The position numbers and the translations under genes are program-made. Positions 31,310 through 41,763 of a stretch of DNA of 64,000 nucleotides are shown here, piece by piece. The notes beneath the pieces are model-generated. The model was not told the origin of the DNA and did no database searches. It worked only from the letters and a program-made list of their open reading frames with translations. Location: NCBI GenBank assembly GCA_963662275.1, contig OY759316.1:4000001-4064000 (forward strand), written 5' to 3'. The first letter of the stretch is position 1. The number at the start of each line of letters is the position of its first letter. The stretch comes from Candidatus Cloacimonadales bacterium (GTDB lineage: Bacteria; Cloacimonadota; Cloacimonadia; Cloacimonadales; DAONDQ01).

Positions 31310-31616
31310 AGGTGCCAGGTGTTAGGTGCTAGGTACTAGGAAGAATCAAACTCTCCCTTAGTCCCTCCCTTTATCCAAAGGGAGGGAAATCAGACGGTTC
31401 ATTGAGTTGTCATCCTCGACCTGATCGGGGATCCAACCAATATGAAATCATATCGAAATGCACTGATGAAAGCAAGTTCACCCAAGTAAAAAAAATCGTC
31501 TCCTCGATACAATTTTGCTCATCTCAATACATCATCTGAAGATGACACTCGATGAACGCAAAATCACTCGGAGAAATCATTTGCTCCTGTAAGCTGTTAG
31601 CTGTTAGCTGTAAGCT
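31310..31616. repeat. Composite intergenic repeat mosaic
   Basis: AGGTGYT heptamers (31310-31340), a CCCTCCCTTT..AAAGGGAGGG hairpin, a GGTTCATTGAGT...TCGAAATG / TCTCCTCGATAC...CACTCGGAGAA element and CTGTWAG heptamers (31587-31616). Confidence 0.7.
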
Positions 31617-32289
31617 TTTGCAGTATAAAGACAAATTCACCTTTTGGCAACTTCTCAGCCAGTTCACTCAGCTTACCGAGTTCTCCTTCCAGGAACTGTT
31701 CTTCAGGGAATGTCAGACGATAAGCAATGATGCCTTTTCTCTTGGTGCCTAGCGCTTGCATCATATCACGCAGGAGTTGTTTTAGTCGATAGGGAGTTTC
31801 CAGGAAGATAATATCCCAGTCCTGCCAGTTTCTAATCTTCTTTAAAGCTTGAATGCGTTCTTCCGTATTGGCAGGAAGAAAACCATAATATATAAATCGC
31901 TTGAGATCCAGACCACTACCCATGAGAGCTGTCATTAAAGACGATGCACCCGGGATGGGAATCACTGGAATATTAGCATGTCGGCATAAACGTACCAATT
32001 CAGAACCAGGGTCAGCAAAGAGAGGAGTTCCTGCATCGGAGACCAGTGCTGCTGATTTATGTTCATCCATTAGTTTCTTCAGCAGAATCGGACTTTGTTC
32101 CATATAGTTATGTTCATTGAGGAGTTCCCATTCCTGTTTGAGGTCATACGCAGAACGATAGCGGAAGCCAATCTTTCGCTCTTCGCAGATGAGGATGTCC
32201 ACATCCTTCAGTACTTCCAGGGCACGGAGGGTTATATCCTTCGGATTGCCGATGGGCATGGCTACGATATAAAGAATGGGTTTGGCCAT
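31597..32289 (-). CDS. rsmI: 16S rRNA (cytidine1402-2'-O)-methyltransferase
   Basis: LYIVAMPIGNPKDITLRAL, VSDAGTPLFADPG, PIPGASS, FLETPYRL, KGEF. Start at MAKP with a GGAG RBS. Confidence 0.93.
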   Translation of the reverse strand: MAKPILYIVAMPIGNPKDITLRALEVLKDVDILICEERKIGFRYRSAYDLKQEWELLNEHNYMEQSPILLKKLMDEHKSAALVSDAGTPLFADPGSELVRLCRHANIPVIPIPGASSLMTALMGSGLDLKRFIYYGFLPANTEERIQALKKIRNWQDWDIIFLETPYRLKQLLRDMMQALGTKRKGIIAYRLTFPEEQFLEGELGKLSELAEKLPKGEFVFILQKLTANS

Positions 32290-32303
32290 AATCACTCCGC
32301 GTT

Positions 32304-32461
32304 GGAGTTCAAATCTCCTTCGTGACATACGGTTAATGCTTACCTATTGGAGATTTGGACTTCAACCCCCTATAACAAGCTCTGTTGCTAAAATCGGGTT
32401 TGAAGTCCAACTTGCCTGGAAGACGAATCTCATCATCAGCAGTCTTGGCAAGTTGAACTCC
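32304..32461. repeat. Inverted pair of the ~61-nt hairpin repeat (32304-32363 +, 32402-32461 -)
   Basis: GGAGTTCAA...TTGGACTTC ends; the two copies have different but complementary inner stems. Confidence 0.75.
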
Positions 32462-32539
32462 AAATGAATAGGTTTGCGGTTTCGTTCAAAGGTTGACCCC
32501 CCTACCCCCCTTCTCAAGGGGGGAACTATCAGCTATCAG

Positions 32540-35002
32540 CTATAAGCTTACTTTCTTCCTCTTCAAATAGATCAACACAGTTCCACCAATCACAGCCAGT
32601 AACGATAGCAATATTCCGATCAGGCTTAGTTTCAGGCTTAAATTATAGGATCCAGGTTCAAAGCGCATTTCCAATTTATGCTGACCTGCCGGAACAACCA
32701 CTCCGCGGAGAATGTAATTCGTCGCATATATAGGGGTTTTCTTCCCATCTATAAAGGCATTCCAACCTGCAGGATAGTAGATTTCACTGATCGTTAAATA
32801 CGCAGGTTTGTCTGTATATACATCAAAGGAAAGTGAATGCAGATCGAAAGTCTTCAATACAGCAGTAGTGTTAACTGGCATTTCCACACCCTTGATATTC
32901 TCTTCCACGATGGCAGTAGCAGCAGGATTGAATGTATCTGAATTTAGAAGACCCCATATCTTCTTTGGCTGCTTCTCGACAATGAGATTCTTTACAAACC
33001 AGGCACGAGGTAAAGCGGTCATATTCTCGAAAACAATAAGTTTTTCCTGTTCGCTTTGATATACTGGTTTCAGGTTCGGGAAAGGCAGCATTTGTTCGAA
33101 CAGGACATATTTTACATTCAGCATATTGATGACATTCCAATTGACCTTGCCTTCAGATAGTTTTGCATAAATACAATTCTCAAGAATCTGCTGATATCTT
33201 TTCAGTTTAGCACCATGATATCCTTCAATGGTTTGATGATAATATGCCCAACGTCCTTTGATTTGTGTATTTAAAGGAAAGATTCTATAAATCGATTTAT
33301 CCTGGAGGAGGAAATCATCTACAGGAGTTTTTTCGAGTTGAGTTTGCTGGTCTTGAGGAGATTGGAGATTTATTGGCTTCAGAAATTCAGAATCAATACG
33401 CCACATATCAATGAAAATTATTACTGATAGTAAGATGAGAAAACCGAGTTTAGGAAGTTTCTTTTTGCCATACGCCCAAATCAAAGCCAAGCCGCCTAAT
33501 AACAATAACAGACTATTAGAAGTGCCTGTAATCAGCATATTCATTCTTTCAGCGCGGATATCTTTTAAGTCGTCCAATTTGTATTGTGCCAATTCAGGGG
33601 CACTGGCAAATTTGAGATGGTTAAACAGCGGTTTACCCATTAAGAACACAATGGCAAGAAGTATGACCGTGATTATGAATGTTAATCGTATTCCCTTAAA
33701 GAACTTATGATCACCTGCTTTCTGTTTTTCAATGACCGTTTTTATTCCAAATCCAGCCATGACCAGAATCATGATCTGGACTAATATCAGTATTGTTGCC
33801 GGCACTCTGAATTTATTAAACATCGGGAGGTATTTCAAGAGCAGATCTGATATCAGGTTGAAGTACTTACCAAAGGACATGATAGTGAAAATGACGGTTG
33901 TAATTGCGAGGAAGGTTACCATTCGATTTTTAGACTTGAAAACTGCTATAAAAGCAAATAAAAGGATGATTATACCAATATAATAGTAAATCTGTGTGAA
34001 GTCCATCCAACCCCAATACGTTTGTCCAACTCCACCAAAGAAATTCGGCACAGCCAAAGAAATGATTTCCCACGGATGAAATGACCAGCCTTGAGAATAG
34101 CTTTTCTCTAATCCGGAAGTACCTCCACGTATTGTATATTGTCCGTATTCATAGGTGGATAACAAGGGGTTGGATACAGCCAATGCAGCTATGATCAACG
34201 CTAAAACAAAAATACCTGTAAATAAAAGGAAGGTTGTCACATTCTTCTTTCCCGTGATTTTTTCCCTTTCAGATAATATGTTAGCAGGATCTTTTCTTTC
34301 CGGCATGAAGAAGGAGAATACCCAATATAATCCCATAAAGATCAATGTATAGTACGTAATTTGGGGATGATTTTCACGTAACTGGGCAATCAGAAACATC
34401 GATAATAAACCAAGTCCCAGCAGGTTATGTTTCTTACGAGAATAGAAGATCGCATAAAAAAGCCATGGGATATACATGATTGCCCTGAATTTTGTATTGT
34501 GCCCAATTTCAATCAGTCCTGCCCAATTACTTGTAAAGGCAAATGCCAAGGCAATAATGAAGGCAATGAAAGGTTCAAAGCCCAAGAATATCATCAATAC
34601 ATAAATACCGACGACACCAAAGAATAACATGAAGATACGCCATTTCATGACATGATCAAAGACTTTTGTCATATTTTCCACAAACGGATACTTGTTCTGT
34701 AAAGAAACCAGGTAGCCAGGCATACCACTGAACATGTTTGGGTCCCACAGAGCCTGGTCTTTATGCGTCTTATTGTATTCCAGCATAGATTGAGCCTGTG
34801 CCCTCCACTGGATGGTATCATTCGCCTGCGGATAAAAACCCTTATAGGCAACACTGAAGAAGAGACTACTCAGCATTAGGAAAAGTATTCCAATAAATAA
34901 AATATGCTGTGTATAACCGGGAAAGTGTAATACCGTCTTGGTTGCCGTTACAGGTATTCTTTTTTGATGAAGTTTTACTGGTTCAGGTTTCTTTTGTTTC
35001 AT
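32540..35002 (-). CDS. YfhO-family membrane protein (GT-C-like)
   Basis: LWDPNMFSGMPGY, many TM helices, C-terminal SEIYYPAGWNAFIDGK...VPAGQH. Confidence 0.85.
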   Translation of the reverse strand: MKQKKPEPVKLHQKRIPVTATKTVLHFPGYTQHILFIGILFLMLSSLFFSVAYKGFYPQANDTIQWRAQAQSMLEYNKTHKDQALWDPNMFSGMPGYLVSLQNKYPFVENMTKVFDHVMKWRIFMLFFGVVGIYVLMIFLGFEPFIAFIIALAFAFTSNWAGLIEIGHNTKFRAIMYIPWLFYAIFYSRKKHNLLGLGLLSMFLIAQLRENHPQITYYTLIFMGLYWVFSFFMPERKDPANILSEREKITGKKNVTTFLLFTGIFVLALIIAALAVSNPLLSTYEYGQYTIRGGTSGLEKSYSQGWSFHPWEIISLAVPNFFGGVGQTYWGWMDFTQIYYYIGIIILLFAFIAVFKSKNRMVTFLAITTVIFTIMSFGKYFNLISDLLLKYLPMFNKFRVPATILILVQIMILVMAGFGIKTVIEKQKAGDHKFFKGIRLTFIITVILLAIVFLMGKPLFNHLKFASAPELAQYKLDDLKDIRAERMNMLITGTSNSLLLLLGGLALIWAYGKKKLPKLGFLILLSVIIFIDMWRIDSEFLKPINLQSPQDQQTQLEKTPVDDFLLQDKSIYRIFPLNTQIKGRWAYYHQTIEGYHGAKLKRYQQILENCIYAKLSEGKVNWNVINMLNVKYVLFEQMLPFPNLKPVYQSEQEKLIVFENMTALPRAWFVKNLIVEKQPKKIWGLLNSDTFNPAATAIVEENIKGVEMPVNTTAVLKTFDLHSLSFDVYTDKPAYLTISEIYYPAGWNAFIDGKKTPIYATNYILRGVVVPAGQHKLEMRFEPGSYNLSLKLSLIGILLSLLAVIGGTVLIYLKRKKVSL

Positions 35003-35031
35003 TAGTTACCCCTATTTTATCTTTTTTACTT

Positions 35032-35555
35032 TGAATTCATATTGGGCGTATTGCCATGCGCCCCTACTTCGAACATCTTTGAAATCATATTGGGCGTATG
35101 CCATGCGCCCCTACTTGGCATATCCTGCGCCCCTATCCCCCCTTGGGAAGGGGGCAGGAGGGTCAAAATATTGCACTTCATATTTCCCTTCATGTCTTTT
35201 ATTATTGGACGACTACGTCAATAAAAAAATGGATTAGAAATTGTGACGCATCAAACTCTCCCGGCTAAAGCCACCCTCTCTTTATCCAAAGAGAGGGAAA
35301 ATTTGGAGTTCGACTTCAATGCCGACATTAAAAGAGAGAAGGTTCATTGAGTGATTTCTCGGTCATTGAGCGAAGTCGAAATGCGAGAAATAGTATCGAA
35401 ATGAACAGATTCTAACCTTCAAGGCTGTATAAATGCCGTCTCCTCGATACAAATAGATAAATCTATTCACTCGGAGAACTCAGCTTTCAAACTCTCCGAC
35501 ACTATGCTTCGACTACGCTCAGCAACCACAACCTCTCTTAATCCAAAGAGAGGAA
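35032..35555. repeat. Cluster of several REP-like families
   Basis: Two direct GGGCGTAT..CATGCGCCCCTAC copies, CCCCCTTGGGAAGGGGG, CCCTCTCTTT..AAAGAGAGGG, GGTCATTGAGCGAAGTCGAAATG and CTTCGACTACGCTCAG. Confidence 0.7.
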
Positions 35556-35575
35556 TGGGAAACCAGCACCCCCTA

Positions 35576-37591
35576 TCATTGTAATAGTAGTTCAATCCCA
35601 AAATCCTTTGTCTCTGCTTTCTGCCATTCATCATATCGAACATAGTTCTGATGAGAACAGGGATAAGTACTTGTTTCAGTCATGATCTTCCAGGGAGTTG
35701 AGGACAGGTTTTCCAAGCTGATCATGGTTGCTTGTGGTAATTCAAGGGGATTGAAGGATAATATAACAACACCATCCTCGCCTTCTGCCTTGAAATCCTT
35801 TTCCAGCAAAGGCTGTCCTGTATTATCGTCAGAAATCACGAGACGTAAGAGTGTTCCATCAGGTGTACCATATATTCTGATACCATTAACTATGATATTA
35901 TTGTGCTTCTTGTCTATGAACGGATAGCGAACTCCAATCGCCATATTGGGATGCAGCCAGTAATCATTAATATTTGAAGCTTCCTGGTACCAGGATAGCG
36001 TTTCACGGCTATTTCGAGCAATGAGTACTTCCTGTGAGTTTTGATATGTGATTCTCCATTTCCTAAATAGTGAATATCGCACTTCTCCCTGGTTCAGTCT
36101 TGCTAATTCCGGTATATTCCAAGTGACCGGGTGGGTAAAAGAATGGGGTTCTCTATCCTGGTAGTTATCCAATCTTTCTGACCTGGAAGCGATCCAATTC
36201 TGATTATCGAACAAGTTCATTTCCAGTCTCGTAATGTTCATACAGGGCAGGATAGTGGAGAAAGTGAATCCGGTTGGTGATTGATGATACAGCAAGCCTT
36301 CGTTGCTTGTCGCCTTGTCCAGTTCAGGTTCATGCCATGAGAATATGGTATCATCAACAGTATGTTGCTTAATATCTGTCTGAAAATCATACTGTAAATT
36401 CACTTTGAAAGGAATATCCGTTTTCAGATATTTGAAGAAATAACCTGACTCATTGGTTTTAATTGCACGCTGATATAACGAATGACGAGTGGGATAAATG
36501 ATGCTGGCTCCGGCAACTGGTAATCCTTTCGTATCAAGTATCCTTCCTCTGAATGTATAGGTTTTAATTTCGCTGAACAATTCACGCAATGCTGCAAAAT
36601 GCTTGGTCAGCATTTCATCATATTTTGGTTTGAAGGGTCTGATGATACTGATTCCATCCGGTGCGATACCACAGGTTTCCACATCATAGGCAAAAGTACC
36701 ATAATTCGCATAGAGATAATCACGGGCAAAGGCGATTGGACTAGTCCAGCCGGTAGCCACACGATAATTACCTTCCGTATAATCACGAGGCAGCTTGCTG
36801 GCAAATTTCAAGGCAACATCCCTGATATCAGTCCAGTCCGGTGACTTCTGTCCATCCCAGTTCCAGGGAAAATAGATATGTTCACCAAAATTACCTGTAA
36901 TGGAGCTATGATAAAGTATGGCATATTGGAACCTTTCCCGGGCAAAGAAATTCTGCATAGCGATTGTCTCTGCTTCAGAAGCCGGGAACGGACCTTTGTA
37001 ATAATAATCTTCTGGTTCAATTCCCTCATCATTGTCCCAATTAAAGTCATAGCCTTTATTCAGGTCAACACCATCGGTATTGAGATCAAGAACACCATTA
37101 TAATCTGTATCTGTATTGTTCTTTCGGCGAAAAGGATAAAAACTGCGGCTCACATAGTTATAACCTTCAGGATTGACTGTCGGAACGAACCAGACTTCAT
37201 TATTTTGCAATATGGATGTAACAGCCGAATCTTTGCCATATAATGATACCAGTTGTTCGATATCATTCATGACGATCTCAACACCCATAATCTCTTCCCC
37301 ATGATGCTGACCAACAAAGAGTACTGCTGGTACGTCATCACGCTGTTGTTTTGCATGAACACTGAGTTTCACTGCGTAAATCGGGAGACGATCATGATTG
37401 GTTGTGCCAATGATTTCCCAATGTACAAGATCAGGATACTTGTTGTCCAAGTTACGAATTTCAGTCCAAATCTTCTCGAGATTGTGATAATAATCAGGCA
37501 AGGGCCAGGCATTACCCGTTTGGGCAACAAGTAACACAGGAACCAGGATTGAAAATATGGTGATGAATAAAGACTGACGAAATATCGTCAT
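35576..37591 (-). CDS. Secreted M14-family zinc carboxypeptidase with regulatory-like domain
   Basis: Signal peptide; HHGEE (HxxE), VPTVNPEG, RRKN, GVDLN, SEAET, YHS; GRILD...PVAGA domain follows. Confidence 0.85.
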   Translation of the reverse strand: MTIFRQSLFITIFSILVPVLLVAQTGNAWPLPDYYHNLEKIWTEIRNLDNKYPDLVHWEIIGTTNHDRLPIYAVKLSVHAKQQRDDVPAVLFVGQHHGEEIMGVEIVMNDIEQLVSLYGKDSAVTSILQNNEVWFVPTVNPEGYNYVSRSFYPFRRKNNTDTDYNGVLDLNTDGVDLNKGYDFNWDNDEGIEPEDYYYKGPFPASEAETIAMQNFFARERFQYAILYHSSITGNFGEHIYFPWNWDGQKSPDWTDIRDVALKFASKLPRDYTEGNYRVATGWTSPIAFARDYLYANYGTFAYDVETCGIAPDGISIIRPFKPKYDEMLTKHFAALRELFSEIKTYTFRGRILDTKGLPVAGASIIYPTRHSLYQRAIKTNESGYFFKYLKTDIPFKVNLQYDFQTDIKQHTVDDTIFSWHEPELDKATSNEGLLYHQSPTGFTFSTILPCMNITRLEMNLFDNQNWIASRSERLDNYQDREPHSFTHPVTWNIPELARLNQGEVRYSLFRKWRITYQNSQEVLIARNSRETLSWYQEASNINDYWLHPNMAIGVRYPFIDKKHNNIIVNGIRIYGTPDGTLLRLVISDDNTGQPLLEKDFKAEGEDGVVILSFNPLELPQATMISLENLSSTPWKIMTETSTYPCSHQNYVRYDEWQKAETKDFGIELLLQ

Positions 37592-37592
37592 T

Positions 37593-38297
37593 CTATCTCA
37601 GGTTGAATTCAGTGGTTATCGTAACTTTGATATCCTTCTTCTTGGTGCTGGTACGATAAATGCCATAATCACTGACATCTGTAGAATAAGGTTCTGTGAT
37701 TTGGAAGATTCCTGCCCTGGCACTACTGATCTTTCCAACTTTAGAATGAGCAGCGGAAGCAATTTCCTTCGCACGGGCAAGAGCATCCTTAGTTGCTTCA
37801 CCAAGAAGCTGTTTCTTGATATCGGCAAGTTTTGTATTGAAATAATCGAGATTGGAATTTTGAAGAATGATTCCCTTCTCAGCAAAGAAAGTTGGGGTAA
37901 GCGCAAGTTTTTCGATGAGAGGAATATCGGTCGAAATAATAAATACATTCTGTGTTAATGTAAAGCACTTCTGAGTACCATAATTATCAAAAACCGGTTG
38001 TGAATTTGCAGGTTGGATACTGATATCCTTGTCGGCTATTCCACCCGCAATAGCATAACCCTTCAATGCTATCATATCATCAGCGATCTGCTTGTAGCCA
38101 AGTTTCAACTGATCGGGACTCACGGTACGGGTCATCGTAATATTCCATTTCACTAAATCAGAATCAAAGCTTTTCGTCGCCATCCCAACGACACGGATTG
38201 TATTTTCTATGTGTTTGGCTTTATAAAAATACGAACCTGCCGATGCTAATCCGATAATAAAGCATAATCCTAAAATCAAAGCTGTTATGTTCTTCAT
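37593..38297 (-). CDS. SIMPL (DUF541) domain protein
   Basis: TIRVVGMA..DLVKW, ATKDALARAKEIA, GIFQIT motifs. Confidence 0.8.
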   Translation of the reverse strand: MKNITALILGLCFIIGLASAGSYFYKAKHIENTIRVVGMATKSFDSDLVKWNITMTRTVSPDQLKLGYKQIADDMIALKGYAIAGGIADKDISIQPANSQPVFDNYGTQKCFTLTQNVFIISTDIPLIEKLALTPTFFAEKGIILQNSNLDYFNTKLADIKKQLLGEATKDALARAKEIASAAHSKVGKISSARAGIFQITEPYSTDVSDYGIYRTSTKKKDIKVTITTEFNLR

Positions 38298-38380
38298 GAA
38301 ACCTCCATTCTCTTCATGATATAATAATCAATTATTTGTAATGGCAATAAATGTGGTATCTAATCTCTGGTCTCTTCTTC

Positions 38381-40648
38381 CTAACAAGTATCCCAAGATT
38401 TTTCCTCAAGCTTAACGCCTGTTTCAGCATCAATAGCTATCCATTGCCCATCAGTGTTAATAGACCAAATTAATCTATACTCATATTCATTTGTAATCTT
38501 CGATTTAATCGGATAGAAAATTAACATAGCAGAACAGTCTTGATCACTATCTTCAGGGTTTTCATCCTCTTCCGGATTCATTATTTTTTGCTCATGCGGG
38601 AAATAGTCTTTAGATCCTGACAGCCACCTTGTTTCAGTCCAGACATAATGCGTTTTGTCTTCATAACTGTTAATTGATAGTGCTGTTTCCGGAGTAATGA
38701 TACATTCAGGCAATGGCTTCAGAGCATTGTACATGAAGAAGCTTACTTCATATTTGTTTGAATCATAGTCATAGTAAATTGACATGTTCATTTCAAAACC
38801 GGGTGAAGTAAAAACTGGAAGTAAGAGAAATCCTTCGTAACATAAGTTAAGCGTCATGCCATTAGAATATTCTCCTCCATCATTCAGTCTGATCCTGAAG
38901 GAATAATTGGGGTCTGTTATTTGATTGAGTTTAAATAAGTAACTGATGATTTTCTGACAGTTCACATGCATTTGTACTGAATCCCTGGGTTCCGGCAGAT
39001 TGAATACACCAGCAAAGGATGTTATTTTTTTTTGGATTTGATCAAATTGATAATTACTCGTATTACCGAGAGGCTTGAAAACCTCTTGGAGTTTTGCTTT
39101 TTCTTTGTTGAAAATAGTCTGGTTTGCAGCATCCAAAGGTACCGGACGTAATTCATAAAAACCAGGGTCATAGCATTGACCTGTTTGCGGTTCAAATGCT
39201 GTATAATAATTCGGGTTTGAATCCTCAAATACACACCAAGCCAGGACAACGCTCGAAATACCTTCTTCATACTGATTACCACGCGGCATCATACACAATT
39301 TAGCTGTTAAATGATTGATTGGGTCATGATACGAATTTTTATAAGTGATATTCTTTGTTGCAATACGGTTCTGATCCTTTGCGTTGAATGCCTTCACTTC
39401 TTTCTGATTATCTTTTTGATTTGCATATAAGGTTAAGATAGCTTGCGGAACTATAACCGAATCAGGATAGATGATTGGTTTGGCATAAAAATAAGGCTCC
39501 AAAGAAAGCACATTTCTCGTACAATCATATTCTGCAGTCAACCTGAAATAACCTTCCATAGATCCCTGGGGTATTGGATATTTGAACATTTGACGGTAAT
39601 AGCTTGTGTATCTTTTATTCGTATTTCCCTCCTGCTCAACGTCTGTTTTTGCATACTCGAGCCTTATATCCTGACCACAATGTTTATGCATCATTACATA
39701 GTAGGGAATAAATTTATCAATTGCCAGACGATAACTAATTGAATCATTAATTGCTGAGGAAGACAAGTCAATATCACCTAATCTAATAATGCCATACTCA
39801 ATAGAAGCATAATATTTACCTTTCAATCCTGTGTTTTTGACAAATTCAATGACAGCATTGATTTTTTTGACTTTTTCTATCCAATCCTTAGCTGTTTTAC
39901 CCAATAAATCACCCGTTTGGGCATTGATCGTTTCATTGTTACGTTTCCACTGAAGAATAAAACCAGGTGACTGCTCAGAATTCGAATCCGGATACAGATT
40001 CAGAGATAGGTTGCCATAATCACTATCATATTCTGGTCCATGGTAAAATGTGCTCATTGTATCTGTCGCTGTAAATTGCTTGGGAACATCTGAAAGATTT
40101 GGATTCATCTTTTCAGCAGCAGAAATGAAGTTAAAGATTGATATTGCTGTTTGCGGTGTCACAGCATTACCAGGTATCTGGATCGGTTGAAAATACAAGG
40201 TATTATATATCGAATACTCAGCCGTTTCAGGATGATAGGTAATCAGCAGATAATAAGGCTGGTTTACCAGGTAATAGTTTTTCCAATATTGAACATAGAG
40301 ACAGCTATGAGTATAAGCAGGGGAACTGATCATTTTCAGTACAAATGCAGCACCTTGTTCTTTGTAGAGAATCATCAAATCATTCACGATTCGATCCGAA
40401 TTCTTACAAAGAATGGCAGCATCAACAGGTTTCGGTAGATTGAATGTACCATGCAATTCAGTGAAGATTCTACCATCAGTAGTATCCGTGTGTTTCCCTG
40501 TAAAGCGTACCATGGCAGAAAACCGATCAAATAAGGAAGATGTGCTGACATCGGGTGATTTCACATTAATAGAAGATAAATAAGAGAGTGTTAAAATTAG
40601 TAAACATAACATAAAAAATATTCTTTTTCCCATAAGACCTCCATTCAT
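38381..40648 (-). CDS. Hypothetical secreted protein with three FTP/PepSY-like modules
   Basis: Signal peptide; three modules ending INAQTG, FEPQTG and IDAETG; GxFNLPxP and TPxTAxSI occur twice. Confidence 0.55.
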   Translation of the reverse strand: MNGGLMGKRIFFMLCLLILTLSYLSSINVKSPDVSTSSLFDRFSAMVRFTGKHTDTTDGRIFTELHGTFNLPKPVDAAILCKNSDRIVNDLMILYKEQGAAFVLKMISSPAYTHSCLYVQYWKNYYLVNQPYYLLITYHPETAEYSIYNTLYFQPIQIPGNAVTPQTAISIFNFISAAEKMNPNLSDVPKQFTATDTMSTFYHGPEYDSDYGNLSLNLYPDSNSEQSPGFILQWKRNNETINAQTGDLLGKTAKDWIEKVKKINAVIEFVKNTGLKGKYYASIEYGIIRLGDIDLSSSAINDSISYRLAIDKFIPYYVMMHKHCGQDIRLEYAKTDVEQEGNTNKRYTSYYRQMFKYPIPQGSMEGYFRLTAEYDCTRNVLSLEPYFYAKPIIYPDSVIVPQAILTLYANQKDNQKEVKAFNAKDQNRIATKNITYKNSYHDPINHLTAKLCMMPRGNQYEEGISSVVLAWCVFEDSNPNYYTAFEPQTGQCYDPGFYELRPVPLDAANQTIFNKEKAKLQEVFKPLGNTSNYQFDQIQKKITSFAGVFNLPEPRDSVQMHVNCQKIISYLFKLNQITDPNYSFRIRLNDGGEYSNGMTLNLCYEGFLLLPVFTSPGFEMNMSIYYDYDSNKYEVSFFMYNALKPLPECIITPETALSINSYEDKTHYVWTETRWLSGSKDYFPHEQKIMNPEEDENPEDSDQDCSAMLIFYPIKSKITNEYEYRLIWSINTDGQWIAIDAETGVKLEEKSWDTC

Positions 40649-40887
40649 CTGAAAGTATTTATAAGTAATTATTTGTAAGTAAATAATATTAGTTAAGCTG
40701 TCAATAAAATCTTATCGTGATTTCAAAATTCAGCAAAATCATATCTCGTTTCATTTCGTAAGAGCCTACCAAAGAAGTGATTTAATGTTTGACAAATTCG
40801 CAACTTTCAAAAAGATAGTTTATAGGAGATTATAACTATGGAGAGAGTGCTGTTAATTCGAGCTAGAATGAATTATAAAGATAAAAC

Positions 40888-40923
40888 AAAAAGCATTTGT
40901 CGTAACAGACAAATGCTTTTTTT
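40888..40923 (+). terminator. Intrinsic-terminator-like hairpin immediately upstream of nadC
   Basis: aaaaagcatttgtc-gtaaca-gacaaatgcttttttt. Confidence 0.65.
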
Positions 40924-40938
40924 GTATAAGGATATAAT

Positions 40939-41763
40939 GTGCAATTAGATCATTTAATTTCTATCGCCCTGGATGAAGATATTCAAACTGGTGATATTAC
41001 TACTGAATACTTGGAACTGACGAAAGGAACCATCCAGGCATATCTTGTTGCCAAAGCAGAAGGCATACTTGCTGGTTTACCTGTCTTGGTTAAAACTTTT
41101 CTTACTGTAGATCCGCATACAACTGTCGTTTTGTATAAAAGAGATGGAGATCGGGTAAAACCCGGTGACGAGATTGCCCATATTGAGGGAAATGCTGCTG
41201 CTGTTTTACGCAGTGAACGCGTTGCACTCAATTTTTTACAGCGTCTCAGCGGTGTTGCCACAATGACACGTTCCATGGTAGATGAAATTGTCGGCACAAA
41301 GGCAAAAGTGCTGGATACACGAAAGACCACACCACTGCTGAGATCATTAGAAAAGTATGCAGTCCGTATGGGTGGTGGTTTCAATCATAGATTTGGTCTT
41401 TATGATATGATCATGCTGAAAGAGAATCATATTCGCTCAGCAGGCAGCATTACAAAAGCAGTCAATAGTGTAAAAAAACATAATTCAACATACAAGATTG
41501 AGGTAGAAGTAACAAACCTTGTGGAATGTGCTGAAGCCTTTAACTGCCATGTTGATCGAATTATGTTGGATAACATGAGCCTCGAAGATATGCGCCAGGC
41601 GGTGGATTTATATACAGGGAAAGTCGAGTTGGAAGCTTCAGGGAATGTAAAATTGGAAACCATCCGCACAATAGCGGAGACTGGTGTGGATTATATTTCC
41701 AGCGGTGCACTTACTCATTCTTACCGTTCTTTAGATATTAGCTTGTTATTCAAGGAGTCATAA
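40939..41763 (+). CDS. nadC: Nicotinate-nucleotide diphosphorylase (carboxylating)
   Basis: EDIQTGDITT, ERVALN, LDTRKTTP, NHRFGLYD, LKENH, IEVEV, IMLDN, EASG, ISSGALTHS. Confidence 0.96.
   Translation: MQLDHLISIALDEDIQTGDITTEYLELTKGTIQAYLVAKAEGILAGLPVLVKTFLTVDPHTTVVLYKRDGDRVKPGDEIAHIEGNAAAVLRSERVALNFLQRLSGVATMTRSMVDEIVGTKAKVLDTRKTTPLLRSLEKYAVRMGGGFNHRFGLYDMIMLKENHIRSAGSITKAVNSVKKHNSTYKIEVEVTNLVECAEAFNCHVDRIMLDNMSLEDMRQAVDLYTGKVELEASGNVKLETIRTIAETGVDYISSGALTHSYRSLDISLLFKES

Noticed and set aside
40853..40890. preQ1-I riboswitch upstream of nadC
   Set aside because: A short stem and A-rich tail are present, but the loop lacks the conserved bases and the downstream gene is unrelated.
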